A program made the translations under genes and the position numbers. The notes under the pieces were generated by a model. It was not told where the DNA came from and did no database searches. It saw only the letters and a list, made by a program, of their open reading frames with translations. From an uncultured Gammaproteobacteria bacterium (GTDB taxonomy: Bacteria > Patescibacteriota > Microgenomatia > Levybacterales > UBA12049), in contig CAZERI010000001.1 of assembly GCA_964515545.1 (NCBI GenBank), positions 2,803 through 66,802 on the forward strand: 64,000 nt of DNA. Reading direction: 5' to 3'. This document shows positions 10,108 through 19,406 of the stretch, piece after piece (the first letter of the stretch is position 1; each line of letters starts with the position of its first letter).

Positions 10108-12465
10108 CTATAATCTTGCTCTTTCGGAGATTTCTGCTTCGACTACTTGGACATTACGTCCATACTTCAGACGAGACAATTCTTTAACCAGCTCTGCCAC
10201 CCGCGGATCCTTCTGGGCTGCTTCAGCTGCAATGTCTTTAGTCGTATCAAGCGAGAATGGTGGTACAGGCTCTCCTCCAACAATTGTTCTCATATAGGCA
10301 TTGAAGCGATCAATATTAATAAGATCTGCCTCGCCGAAGATAGGCTGGAATTCATGAGCTAGGTAATTTGCATCTGTCACACCGACTCTAAATGAGGCTA
10401 TTGTTCCAACATTTCCAAAGATAGCATTCTTAACTTCCTCCTCCATCTGGCCTACGAACTGATTGGCAACGATTAAATTAAGGCGATACTTACGAGCCTC
10501 GGACAGAATCTGGGCGAAATCAGGCGTTGCGAAATTCTGAAATTCGTCTACATAAAGGAAAAAGTCCTTACGGTCTTCCATCGGCATATCCTGCCTACTC
10601 ATCGCAGCAACCAAGATTTTAGGAACTAGCACAAGTCCCAAAAAGCTGGAATTCTCTTCCCCAATTTTCCCTTTGGAAAGGTTAATAAGCAAAATCTTTT
10701 TTGTATCCATTGCTTCTCTGAAATTGAATGCACTCTCAGACTGGCCAATGATATTTCGGATCATTTTATTAGTAACGAACCGGCCAAACTTCGAGACGAT
10801 ATAATCAAGCACTTCTGATTTATGGAAATCTGAAGTCTGGGCAATCTGATCTGTCCAGTAACGCCTGATAACGGGATCTTCAACGCGGGGCAAGAGTTCT
10901 TGAACGAAGTTCTGATCAGTCAGAGCACGGACAACCTCCATAAAAGTAGCTCCTGGCTGATACATACAGGTTAGCATCGCATTACGCACTGCATGCTCAA
11001 AACGGGGACCGATAATTCCTGTCTTATTAGGGTCAAACAGCTTATACATCAGCCCTATCACTGAGGTAACAACCAAATGCTTCTGCTGCTCACTATGTGC
11101 TTCAAGCATATTAAAGCCTAAAGGCTGATCAAGATCTGATGGATCAAAAAGGATGACGTCCTCTGCTCTTTCAGGTGGCATAAGTTGAAGAATATCCTCG
11201 ATTAAGTCACCATGCGGATCAATTACGGCTAATCCTTGGCCATTTTTTATATCTTGGGTGATCATTTGTTTGAGAAATTCTGACTTTCCCGTACCTGTCT
11301 TGCCGATAATATACATATGCCTCTGTCTGTCTGAAGGACTGATAAAGACCGGCTTAGTCAAACCCCTAAAGACACTCTTCCCTAAATACAGTCCCTCAGT
11401 CGGAAGATTAGCAGGAGCCGGAGCTCTCTTTGAATTTACCCAATGAATTCCCGGAGTCTGAACACTCTTATTAGGGAAATGAAAGATAGTTGCCAGTTCA
11501 TCACTGGAGAGAACCGAAGTCTGCCCTCGCAGTGGAAAGTAACGATAAATAAAATCTGTGACAAAAAGGCCTTTAAACCAATGCCTGTTTTTATAAAATT
11601 TATTTACACCAGCATATTGGCCAAATGCATTAACCATATTGGTTAAATGCGCCTCCGCTGCTTCTTTTGTGCTTGAGGAAACGACGATACGGATTACTGT
11701 ATGGAAGCCAGGCTTACTCAACTTATTCTCAATCGCTTCTAATTCTTTTGCGTCTGAGGCATACGTTGCTTTTTCTGGATTGGACTCTGTTTTCTTTGTA
11801 TGAGAAAGGTATTCTCTCCCTTCGTGTTTCCAATGATTTCCAGCAGGTTCAATAAGCATTTGAATCGCAGCTCCCTCTCCTTCCCCCATCTTGGCAAGAA
11901 TTGAAGTTAAAGAGGCCATCCCATCAACTGCCAAATCTTTAAAAACCCGAATAGGCTTATACTCGCTTTCTTTAAGAGCCAATGAGGCAAAAGCCACCTT
12001 ACCTGTCTCAGAGAAGATATTGTACTCCCCTGCTATGGTATTGCCATCTTTTTGCTTGGCTGCCGGATCATTAACCTGAACAATTTCTGCATCGGGATAT
12101 GCTCCATTAATCTGTTTTTCCACAAAGTCCCTGATAGAGGCTGGAACATTGATATAAAATCTAATATCCCCCGGCATTCCGACGACCTCAAATGAAAGAT
12201 GAGTCTGATGCTTAAAATACTCTCGCTTCTTACTTTTATGGAGAGCTGCTAAACCGGCAAAAAGTTGTTCCGCTGCATCAATCTTAATTTCATTGTCCCG
12301 AGGTAGAGAAACCTGCAGAAGTACTGACGTTACAGAAATTTTCTCTCTATCTTTATTCCGAATCCATATAGTAAATACCTTAAAAAAACCAATACAAAAA
12401 AGAACTGTAAAGATAGTCCCAAAGACGATACTCATAAAAGCTGTTAATAATGATTGTGTATCCAT
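10108..12465 (-). CDS. type IV secretion coupling protein (VirD4/TraG/TraD-like T4CP ATPase)
   Basis: N-terminal TM segments, Walker A GKTGTGKS, DPHGD and Walker B VDEFQNF. Overall TraG/TrwB-like architecture, 785 aa. Its stop abuts the tRNA at 10106. Confidence 0.85.
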   Translation of the reverse strand: MDTQSLLTAFMSIVFGTIFTVLFCIGFFKVFTIWIRNKDREKISVTSVLLQVSLPRDNEIKIDAAEQLFAGLAALHKSKKREYFKHQTHLSFEVVGMPGDIRFYINVPASIRDFVEKQINGAYPDAEIVQVNDPAAKQKDGNTIAGEYNIFSETGKVAFASLALKESEYKPIRVFKDLAVDGMASLTSILAKMGEGEGAAIQMLIEPAGNHWKHEGREYLSHTKKTESNPEKATYASDAKELEAIENKLSKPGFHTVIRIVVSSSTKEAAEAHLTNMVNAFGQYAGVNKFYKNRHWFKGLFVTDFIYRYFPLRGQTSVLSSDELATIFHFPNKSVQTPGIHWVNSKRAPAPANLPTEGLYLGKSVFRGLTKPVFISPSDRQRHMYIIGKTGTGKSEFLKQMITQDIKNGQGLAVIDPHGDLIEDILQLMPPERAEDVILFDPSDLDQPLGFNMLEAHSEQQKHLVVTSVIGLMYKLFDPNKTGIIGPRFEHAVRNAMLTCMYQPGATFMEVVRALTDQNFVQELLPRVEDPVIRRYWTDQIAQTSDFHKSEVLDYIVSKFGRFVTNKMIRNIIGQSESAFNFREAMDTKKILLINLSKGKIGEENSSFLGLVLVPKILVAAMSRQDMPMEDRKDFFLYVDEFQNFATPDFAQILSEARKYRLNLIVANQFVGQMEEEVKNAIFGNVGTIASFRVGVTDANYLAHEFQPIFGEADLINIDRFNAYMRTIVGGEPVPPFSLDTTKDIAAEAAQKDPRVAELVKELSRLKYGRNVQVVEAEISERARL

Positions 12466-12467
12466 AC

Positions 12468-12992
12468 TTATTTAGCTATTCCTTGAATTTTCTTGAGAAG
12501 ATACGCTGTGAGCGCTGCCAGCCAGTGCTTGGACTCAGTGATACTAGTCTTTTTTTCGATCTCCTTTGCCTCCAGAGGTGTGTAAGGGAGCTGAACTGTC
12601 GGCTGAGTGGGTATCGTAAGAGGTGTTGCTTCTTTCGCATGCTGGATACCGACTGCTTGATGCTCCTGAGTTAATTGGGGCTGTTCTTTGTTAGGAGCTA
12701 CTTCTACCCCAGCCTCTGCCACCTCCGGAGGAATTTGAGGCGTTACTTCACTCGGTCGGACATATTCAGAAACTGGAGCTTGCAGGATAGGCCCTGCCTC
12801 TTTATGCGGTCCGCTTATCGGATTTTGGGGCTGAGCTATTGGCTTTTGAGCAAATGGCGGAGTACTAGAGGGAACTTTTGGCTCACTCATTAAATTAGGA
12901 TCCATCGTCAACGGCTGCTGAGACACAGGAACAGGCGGAGGAGGAGCCACTTGAGAGGAGGTCTGGGCTGAAGGCTGCTGGGAATTATCCAT
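12468..12992 (-). CDS. Pro/Gln-rich hypothetical protein, translationally coupled to the T4CP gene
   Basis: Low-complexity APPPPVPVSQQP region. Its stop is 2 nt before the T4CP start codon, so they share an operon. Confidence 0.45.
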   Translation of the reverse strand: MDNSQQPSAQTSSQVAPPPPVPVSQQPLTMDPNLMSEPKVPSSTPPFAQKPIAQPQNPISGPHKEAGPILQAPVSEYVRPSEVTPQIPPEVAEAGVEVAPNKEQPQLTQEHQAVGIQHAKEATPLTIPTQPTVQLPYTPLEAKEIEKKTSITESKHWLAALTAYLLKKIQGIAK

Positions 12993-13051
12993 AATAATTA
13001 AATCTTAGCATGAATTACCAAATCAAACAAACCAAACTAGCTTCAACTCTG

Positions 13052-13213
13052 CTATTTTTTATATCTATCATCAGGTGAATTACCATAGGGGCAATTCTTA
13101 CACATACTGCCACAGCAGTATCCCCTCTTCAGATGATACTCTCTGGTAAAAACAATCTTCCCATTTTGATCAACTGAGAAATCTTCATTTTCTTTTGGTA
13201 CACTATCGCTCAT
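13052..13213 (-). CDS. small Cys-rich protein (53 aa), hypothetical
   Basis: Manual translation: MSDSVPKENEDFSVDQNGKIVFTREYHLKRGYCCGSMCKNCPYGNSPDDRYKK, with a YCCxxxCxxCPY cysteine cluster. It overlaps the upstream gene by 11 nt (coupled). It is below the ORF-track size cutoff. Confidence 0.3.
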   Translation of the reverse strand: MSDSVPKENEDFSVDQNGKIVFTREYHLKRGYCCGSMCKNCPYGNSPDDRYKK

Positions 13214-14576
13214 TTTTCTCCTCTGTCTCACGTGGACTGAAAAGGGTTACCAGAATTCCTTTTTCCAAAGATTTATTGGTAGTCTTTTTTTCTTCCTGAC
13301 TTTTGTCATTCATTTTTTCTTCCTGCATTTTTTTTAGACGCTTTTTACGCAACTCATCCTCTGATAACTCATCACAGCGAACAGAAGTACTGCACTTCAT
13401 ACATTGTTCTAAGTATCCCTCTCGAGGACGTTTATTGACATATCTACAGGTAGGACAGGCAAAAAAGAGAGAACCCTTAGAATCAGATTCTTCCTGATTC
13501 ATTGAGGAAAAATCTACCACACCAAAGGGTGAGTTATTACCAGATCTGACTGCAAAACCACTTGAGAAGCCACAACCTGTACTAACAGCTCTCACTGGCT
13601 GAGTACCTAGTACTGCCATCTGTGCCAGTGTTGCTATCCTATCCTGCTGCCAGTCAGCAAAGTATGTCCCGTCTTGGAGAGAATCTACTACTTCATCAGC
13701 TTTATTGACAATGGCGTTATATGCCTTTTTCAGAAGCTCATGGACTTTAGGCGCATTTTCAACGATAAGGAGGTATCGTTTGATGTAAGGCATACATTCT
13801 TGTTTAACAATTTCAAATGCTTCTTCACTCAAGCTGCTATCCAGATCCCGATATAAAAATTGCTGTAATTCTTCAAGAGAAGTAACAAAGCTCTCTCCCG
13901 GACGGAGTTCTACAGGATGAGATAGTAATTCAATATCATCAGGATTATCTGATAGTTCATAGTCCGGCTTGAGAAGCTTAATATTCTCTATAGTCTCCTC
14001 ACGTGTCAGGCCCGACATCGCACGGAGGACCACAATCTCGTTCTCTGACTGCTTATACTGCATATCAATAAAATTATGGCCATATATTGATTGCTCCTCA
14101 AGAGGTGTCTCCTCTGGCAGGTATTCATTACCAGGCCGTGAAGCACAGAACATTAATGTTCCAATAGGAGCCTGACTCATGGCATCCTGAATTTTTTGCT
14201 GGCCTACTATCTCAGCTTGTTCCCGTAATTGATCATGAGGCGATGATCCTTGTTCAAGGCGAGCTATCCTTCCTCGTTCATACCATTCCAAAAGAGGTTT
14301 CTTCTGGCTGCTATCGCGCATAATGCCGTCTTCATCAATAAGATCAATGCGTCGCGATACCGCTGCATTAAGCCTCTCACCAAGCATTGTAACGAGGTTA
14401 AATTCAATCGTTCCATTAAGCCCTTCTAAGCGTCTTGTATATTCATCAGGCTCGGCAAAACGGAGGTGCTGCAGTCTTGTATAAGCATCAACATCAAACT
14501 GAGGATCATACGTCAACTGCTTAGTCTCATGTAATGGCTGAAAGCCTTCAAGTGGTAGTACAAATTCTGCGCTCAT
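13203..14576 (-). CDS. uncharacterised cytoplasmic protein with C-terminal zinc ribbon; first gene downstream of a predicted cobalamin riboswitch
   Basis: 457 aa from the second Met (MSAEFVLPL...). No TM segment. C-terminal CPTCRYV...CMKCSTSVRC. An SD-containing hairpin plus U6 sits immediately 5' of this ATG. The longer ORF start at 14606 would lie inside the terminator hairpin. Confidence 0.65.
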   Translation of the reverse strand: MSAEFVLPLEGFQPLHETKQLTYDPQFDVDAYTRLQHLRFAEPDEYTRRLEGLNGTIEFNLVTMLGERLNAAVSRRIDLIDEDGIMRDSSQKKPLLEWYERGRIARLEQGSSPHDQLREQAEIVGQQKIQDAMSQAPIGTLMFCASRPGNEYLPEETPLEEQSIYGHNFIDMQYKQSENEIVVLRAMSGLTREETIENIKLLKPDYELSDNPDDIELLSHPVELRPGESFVTSLEELQQFLYRDLDSSLSEEAFEIVKQECMPYIKRYLLIVENAPKVHELLKKAYNAIVNKADEVVDSLQDGTYFADWQQDRIATLAQMAVLGTQPVRAVSTGCGFSSGFAVRSGNNSPFGVVDFSSMNQEESDSKGSLFFACPTCRYVNKRPREGYLEQCMKCSTSVRCDELSEDELRKKRLKKMQEEKMNDKSQEEKKTTNKSLEKGILVTLFSPRETEEKNER

Positions 14577-14757
14577 AAAAAAACTCCTCTTCCGAGAGGA
14601 GTACATGCTTGCACTTCTGCTCGGAAGTCCGCTCCGTCATCTGACGGGTGGCGGATTGGGGATCTGACTTTAGCCTTCGATTTACTCAGGCTATCCTGAG
14701 CGTGTCGAAGGATTACAGTTGCGGCACAGTACCGGAATTTCACCAGTTTCACCCGTT
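14577..14757 (-). promoter_or_regulatory. cobalamin (B12) riboswitch candidate with terminator/SD-sequestering expression platform
   Basis: Minus-strand read GGGTGAAACTGGTGAAATTCCGGTACTGTGCCGCAACTGTAA matches the conserved cobalamin-riboswitch core as I recall it (GGTGnAAnTCC...CCGCnACTGTnA). Then a B12-box-like AGTCAGA...CCGCC. It ends with CTCCTCT-CGGA-AGAGGAG plus TTTTTT directly followed by ATG. Confidence 0.55.
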
Positions 14758-14759
14758 AT

Positions 14760-15299
14760 TTATTGTTGTGACCAGATTGTCTCTTTTTTCTTTTCCTTAT
14801 GATTAACAAAACGAGCCATAGTAAAGAGGAGGTCTGACAAGCGATTAATGTATGTAACTACGTACTGATCGAGATCTGCCTGCTGCATTAATGCCACCAA
14901 TCTTCTTTCAGATCGTCTACAAACAGTTCGTGCCTGGTGGAGACTCGCACCTACTCTTCCTCCTCCTGGCAAAATAAAATTATGCAGCTCAGGCATCTGA
15001 GATGTCATAGCATCAATAGCTTTCTCAAACTCAGTGATACGCTCTTCCAGGCGTTTTATTGGCGGAGATGCAGGGTTGGCTAAATACGATCCTATATCAA
15101 ATAGATCGTGCTGAATTTTCTCAAGTTCTTTGGCTAATTTTATGTGTCTTGTCTCGATGGTAGCAACAACTATCCCTACTAAACTATTTAATTCATCAAT
15201 TGTGCCATAGGTATCTACTCTTAGATCTGACTTGAGGACGCGCTGTCCGCCAAATAATGATGTCTTACCACGATCTCCAGTACGAGTATAAATTGGCAT
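14760..15299 (-). CDS. ATP:cob(I)alamin adenosyltransferase, PduO-type
   Basis: N-terminal MPIYTRTGDRGKTSL is the TRTGDxGxTSL PduO/MMAB signature. About 180 aa. Confidence 0.85.
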   Translation of the reverse strand: MPIYTRTGDRGKTSLFGGQRVLKSDLRVDTYGTIDELNSLVGIVVATIETRHIKLAKELEKIQHDLFDIGSYLANPASPPIKRLEERITEFEKAIDAMTSQMPELHNFILPGGGRVGASLHQARTVCRRSERRLVALMQQADLDQYVVTYINRLSDLLFTMARFVNHKEKKKETIWSQQ

Positions 15300-15841
15300 T
15301 ATTGTCTCTTCGCCAACGCAGGCTGCCTCCTCCTAATAAGGTATTCCAGGAATTCAAATAATAAAATAAAACTTGTGGTATAAAGAAGATCTCCAGAAAT
15401 TGTATTTTTAAAAAACGGTAACGCCATAGCAAAACATTCCAAAAGCCCTTTAAGATCTTTTGAGTACATATGTCCTACCAGCCATACTCCAAAATTCGTA
15501 ATAAGAAAGAATAGAACTGAGGCCAGAAGGGTTACGCTAAGAATCCTTCCTGCTGTTTTCTGTTTACGTGCCCAAAGTCCTAATAGACCTGACAGAATAA
15601 AACTCCCATAGACGAAAAATATCGTATCGTGAAAGCCGAGGAAAAAATCTGAAATGATCATAATAGTAAGAGGAACAATAAGTGCATATTTTTTATCCAG
15701 GTATAATCCTCCAAAAAGAGCCAGGGCTGTAATTGGCGCGACATTGGGCATGTGAGGTAAAAGGCGCATCAAAACACCAAAAACAATTATGAAGGTGGGA
15801 AGGAATACTCTATCTCGCATTAGTAAGTCTCTATCCTCCAT
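15299..15841 (-). CDS. polytopic membrane protein, ECF-transporter S-component-like (cobalamin-related by context)
   Basis: 180 aa with 5-6 hydrophobic helices (FLPTFIIVFGVLMRLL...ITALALFGGLYL...). Its stop overlaps the PduO start. It shares an operon with the DUF4430 protein behind a B12 riboswitch. The functional call is inference. Confidence 0.5.
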   Translation of the reverse strand: MEDRDLLMRDRVFLPTFIIVFGVLMRLLPHMPNVAPITALALFGGLYLDKKYALIVPLTIMIISDFFLGFHDTIFFVYGSFILSGLLGLWARKQKTAGRILSVTLLASVLFFLITNFGVWLVGHMYSKDLKGLLECFAMALPFFKNTISGDLLYTTSFILLFEFLEYLIRRRQPALAKRQ

Positions 15842-16233
15842 TCAATCTGGTCACTATCCTTTGTCAGATAATCTGCCGGACCAACTTCTGCCATCTTACC
15901 ATTAACAAAAAATGACCAGTATTCTTTGTTACTCGCATCTGCCTTGCGTTTATTAATAGCTGTTACCAATCCTGTGGAATTCTGCTCTACTGATGTCTGC
16001 TGCTTTAATAATGTCAGCGCATCAACACCTTCCTTACCTGAATATCTAAAAATGTCTGCTGCAACTTTATCATGATTTTGCTGCAGTGTAGGGGTAGGAA
16101 CTCCTTGAGAAGATGTCACATGCTGACGGGACCATACCGCCCCGCCTACCATAATGACAAACAAAAACCCTATGACAAAGATAATGATAGGTGTCCTTTT
16201 AAAAGTCGGTATTCCTTTATTTTTTTCAGCCAT
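15820..16233 (-). CDS. DUF4430-type (transcobalamin-like, BtuG-like) B12-binding protein, membrane-anchored
   Basis: MAEKNKG..., one N-terminal TM, then GVDALTLLKQ...TGLVTAINKRKADASNKEYWSFFVNGKMAEVGPADYLTKDSDQIEWRIETY. This matches the DUF4430 pattern (ALxLL...fVtsI.G...YW.f.VNG...vG...y.lkdgD.I.W). Confidence 0.7.
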   Translation of the reverse strand: MAEKNKGIPTFKRTPIIIFVIGFLFVIMVGGAVWSRQHVTSSQGVPTPTLQQNHDKVAADIFRYSGKEGVDALTLLKQQTSVEQNSTGLVTAINKRKADASNKEYWSFFVNGKMAEVGPADYLTKDSDQIEWRIETY

Positions 16234-16437
16234 AAAAAATCCCTCTCTCCCGAGAAGGACGTACAAACGTTGTTTTCCTGTCTGGCGGAGCCAGACCTCG
16301 CTTCGCGAGGCTCGGGTGTTACTGAAATATTCGTTTTCTGTCTTTACAGTAGCGGCACTGAGAGGGATTTACACCCTACTTACCAAAATATTTCTCTGTT
16401 GTTTTTACACTATTTAGCCTTCTGTTACAAGAAGGAA
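16234..16437 (-). promoter_or_regulatory. cobalamin (B12) riboswitch candidate upstream of the DUF4430/S-component/PduO operon
   Basis: Minus-strand read TAGGGTGTAAATCCCTCTCAGTGCCGCTACTGTAAAG matches the same recalled core (GGTGnAAnTCC....CnGnnCCGCnACTGTnA). Downstream GGTCTGGCTCCGCCAGAC is a B12-box-like segment. It ends with CCTTCTC-GGGA-GAGAGGG hairpin plus ATTTTTT directly before ATG of the DUF4430 gene. Confidence 0.6.
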
Positions 16438-18906
16438 TTAGCACTCACTATAGCCACAGCCATAGCATTTCTTGCAACCTTCTTCGTAAGCAAAACTAGC
16501 AGCTCCACACTCAGGACAAATATCAAATAAATTAGTATTTGTCGTATTTGCCATTGTCTCAACAGGAACAGTTGCTGCAGCAAAACCTAACTGCTGACCA
16601 GCTACTTCTGGTTCATCAACTTTCGTCAGAAAATTTGCAGGCGTTGAGACAGGATGACCATTACCATTACTCACTCCATTCGCCTCCTCTGAGACAGACT
16701 CAGTAACGGACGCATCTGCCTGAATAGGAGTTACTGGCCTGTCCTCTACTTTGCCGTTCACTCTAAAATTTGCGTGCTTGGCGAGTACTTTTGCAACTGC
16801 ATCGGGAAGCGATCTAACTCTATTTTCTCCAAAGCCTACTGATCTAGCTCCACCGATACCTGTCAGCTCTGAAACAACTTCTCTCATACGCTCCCGAGCT
16901 GGTACTGGGCTATGAATCCGAAGAACAAAGGAGATCATACGGCCAAGAGCATCTGCCATTGCCATCACATCTGAACCTGCTTTTCCACCATTAACAAAGA
17001 CTTCAAAAGCATGATCCTTCTCATCATGATTGATCGTAACGTAGACATTACCGATAGGACTTTCTGCTTTATAGGTAGCTCCATGCAGAACTAATGGCCG
17101 TGAGATACGAGGCGTAGCAGGAGCAGGCACGACAGGAGTAACTTCCTTTACTTCTTCTTTCTTCTCAGGCAGGCGTTCTAGAACTCCCATACGTGACCCA
17201 TCCCGCATATAGGTAATGCCTTTAAGACCATAGTCATATGCCTTCATGTAGAGTTCTTTTACATCTTCAACTGTATGAGCTGTTGGAGCATTAACAGTCT
17301 TTGAGATTGAGGAGTCAATGTATTCCTGTGCGACAGCCTGAACTTTAACATGTTCTTCGGGTGTTAAGTCATTAGCTGAAACAAAATAATCTGGTCTTGC
17401 CTCTCCCTCATGCTCTTTTCTCCACTCATCAAAGAGAGGATGATACATAATTTCTTCTCCGCCTCTCCACTTACGTTTAAAGGTAAATTCATAAACAGGC
17501 TCAATACCTGAAGACACACCTGAGACAAGGGACGTCGTACCAGTTGGTGCAATAGTTAATAAGACTGCGTTACGAATCCCCTGATCTGCAATCTTTTTAC
17601 GAAGCTCTTTAGAAAGCTGCTTGATAAAGTAACCATTGAGGTATTTTTCCTTATCAAACATTGGGAAAGCGCCTTTCTCAGCTGCAAGATCAGAACTCGC
17701 ATCATAAGCACTATCACGAAGTGTCTTAAAGATCTTTTCAATAACAGGAAGAGATTTTTTAGATCCATAAGGGAGCTTCATCTTAATAAGAGCATCGCCA
17801 AGCCCCATGATGCCAAGACCCGTACGTCTAATATCTTTAGCGCATTTTTCATTTTCTTTAAAGAAATAATACGTCTGATCAATGACGTTATCAAGCATAC
17901 GCATTGCGACTTTTACGTCTTTACCAAAATTATCAAAGTCGAATTTCTCGTCTTTCACATATGCAGCTAAGTTCATAGCTCCTAGGTTACAAACAGCCCA
18001 CGCCCCGAGTGGCTGTTCCCCACAAGGATTGGTCGCAATGAGGCGTTCAAAATAGTTAGTATTGCTTCTCTTATTAGATCTCTCCATGAAGTGAAGTCCT
18101 GGCTCTGCACTTCTCCAAGCAGCAGTACAGATAAGGTCCCACAACTCCCGTGCTTTTACTGTCTTATAAACGACAACTTTTTTACCAAGAGCCTTCCATT
18201 TATCAATTTCTCCATCCCATTTCTCATCGTATTCAGGATCTGCAATATCAGGATAAACCAGATCCCAATCAGTATCTGCCTTAACGGCCTCCATAAATGC
18301 ATCAGAGATACAGACTGAGAGGTTGGCCCCATTAATCTTGCTAAGGTCTTCCTTAACAGTAATAAACTCCTCCACATCTGGATGCCAGTCCCAGAGCATA
18401 AGCATGGTAGCTCCCCGTCTACTTCCTCCCTGCTGAACAATGTCATGAGTTGCTACTGAAAAAAGTGTCGCCCAATTAACAGGACCCGAACTGGTTCCAT
18501 TTACTTTTTTAACGCGGGCTCCTTTGGGTCTGAGGGATGAGAGATTAAGGCCTACTCCTCCTGATCTTGCCTGAATCTCAACTAGTTGTCCCAAAGACTC
18601 TAAGATACCATGACGTGAGTCTTTAGGACTTGGAATTACAAAGCAGTTGAAGTACGTTACTTGATACTCTGTACCTGCCCCAGAAAGAATTCTGCCTGCA
18701 GGGACGAATTTAAAATCCTCCATGACACGATAGAATTCTTTTTGCCACTTCTTCTGATCAGTTTTCTTCTCTGTTGCAGCAATTCCTCTCGCAACACGTC
18801 TCCACATCTCTTCAGGAGTGCTTTCAATTCGCTCACCGTTTTTATCCTTCAAGGCATAGCGATCTAAAAATACTTTTTGTCTGATTCCGTCAAGTTGTAT
18901 AGCCAT
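16438..18906 (-). CDS. nrdJ: ribonucleotide reductase, class II (adenosylcobalamin-dependent)
   Basis: 822 aa. TNPCGEQPL active-site motif of class II RNR. C-terminal zinc ribbon CPECGAASFAYEEGCKKCYGCGYSEC. Confidence 0.93.
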   Translation of the reverse strand: MAIQLDGIRQKVFLDRYALKDKNGERIESTPEEMWRRVARGIAATEKKTDQKKWQKEFYRVMEDFKFVPAGRILSGAGTEYQVTYFNCFVIPSPKDSRHGILESLGQLVEIQARSGGVGLNLSSLRPKGARVKKVNGTSSGPVNWATLFSVATHDIVQQGGSRRGATMLMLWDWHPDVEEFITVKEDLSKINGANLSVCISDAFMEAVKADTDWDLVYPDIADPEYDEKWDGEIDKWKALGKKVVVYKTVKARELWDLICTAAWRSAEPGLHFMERSNKRSNTNYFERLIATNPCGEQPLGAWAVCNLGAMNLAAYVKDEKFDFDNFGKDVKVAMRMLDNVIDQTYYFFKENEKCAKDIRRTGLGIMGLGDALIKMKLPYGSKKSLPVIEKIFKTLRDSAYDASSDLAAEKGAFPMFDKEKYLNGYFIKQLSKELRKKIADQGIRNAVLLTIAPTGTTSLVSGVSSGIEPVYEFTFKRKWRGGEEIMYHPLFDEWRKEHEGEARPDYFVSANDLTPEEHVKVQAVAQEYIDSSISKTVNAPTAHTVEDVKELYMKAYDYGLKGITYMRDGSRMGVLERLPEKKEEVKEVTPVVPAPATPRISRPLVLHGATYKAESPIGNVYVTINHDEKDHAFEVFVNGGKAGSDVMAMADALGRMISFVLRIHSPVPARERMREVVSELTGIGGARSVGFGENRVRSLPDAVAKVLAKHANFRVNGKVEDRPVTPIQADASVTESVSEEANGVSNGNGHPVSTPANFLTKVDEPEVAGQQLGFAAATVPVETMANTTNTNLFDICPECGAASFAYEEGCKKCYGCGYSEC

Positions 18907-18937
18907 ATAAGTATAATTTGTAAATCCTAATTAGTAA

Positions 18938-19387
18938 TTAATGTATTAACTTCTTTACTTCTTTTTCAAAGTCTTCAACATCTACAAAGCGTCTAAAGAC
19001 ACTCGAAAATCTAATATATGCAATCTTATTTGTCTTTTTTAAGTGATCTGCGACTAACTGCCCAATCCGCTCACTCTGAATTTCTGCTGTATCCTCCCCC
19101 CGCAGCTCATGGATAATATCAGTTAAGATTCTTTCTATCGTATCGAGTGAAACCGTTGTCTTCTCACAAGCGCGAATTAAACCTGCCTTTAATTTCTCTC
19201 TGTTGAACTGTTCTCTCCTGCCGTCTTTTTTTATGACGTGAAGATTAACAGTCTCTATACGCTCATACGTCGTAAATCTACGTTGACACTTATGACATGC
19301 TCGGCGTCTTCTAATCGCGTCCATGTCTTCGCTATCTCTAGTCTCTACTACTTCTGATTCCTGGCTTCCGCAATAGGGACAATGCAT
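18938..19387 (-). CDS. nrdR: transcriptional repressor NrdR
   Basis: MHCPYCGSQESEVVETRDSEDMDAIRRRRACHKCQRRFTTYE zinc ribbon plus ATP-cone. Confidence 0.95.
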   Translation of the reverse strand: MHCPYCGSQESEVVETRDSEDMDAIRRRRACHKCQRRFTTYERIETVNLHVIKKDGRREQFNREKLKAGLIRACEKTTVSLDTIERILTDIIHELRGEDTAEIQSERIGQLVADHLKKTNKIAYIRFSSVFRRFVDVEDFEKEVKKLIH

Positions 19388-19406
19388 ACTCTCAATTTAG
19401 AATTTA

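Noticed and set aside
10037-10362. Short +strand ORFs 10037..10297 and 10147..10362
   Set aside because: The first begins inside the tRNA(UAU) gene. Both overlap the conserved C-terminus of the VirD4-like gene on the opposite strand.
16072-16530. ORFs 16072..16530(+) and 16154..16417(+)
   Set aside because: They span the predicted riboswitch leader and the 5' end of the DUF4430 gene and the 3' end of nrdJ on the opposite strand. They have no RBS and are non-coding by context.
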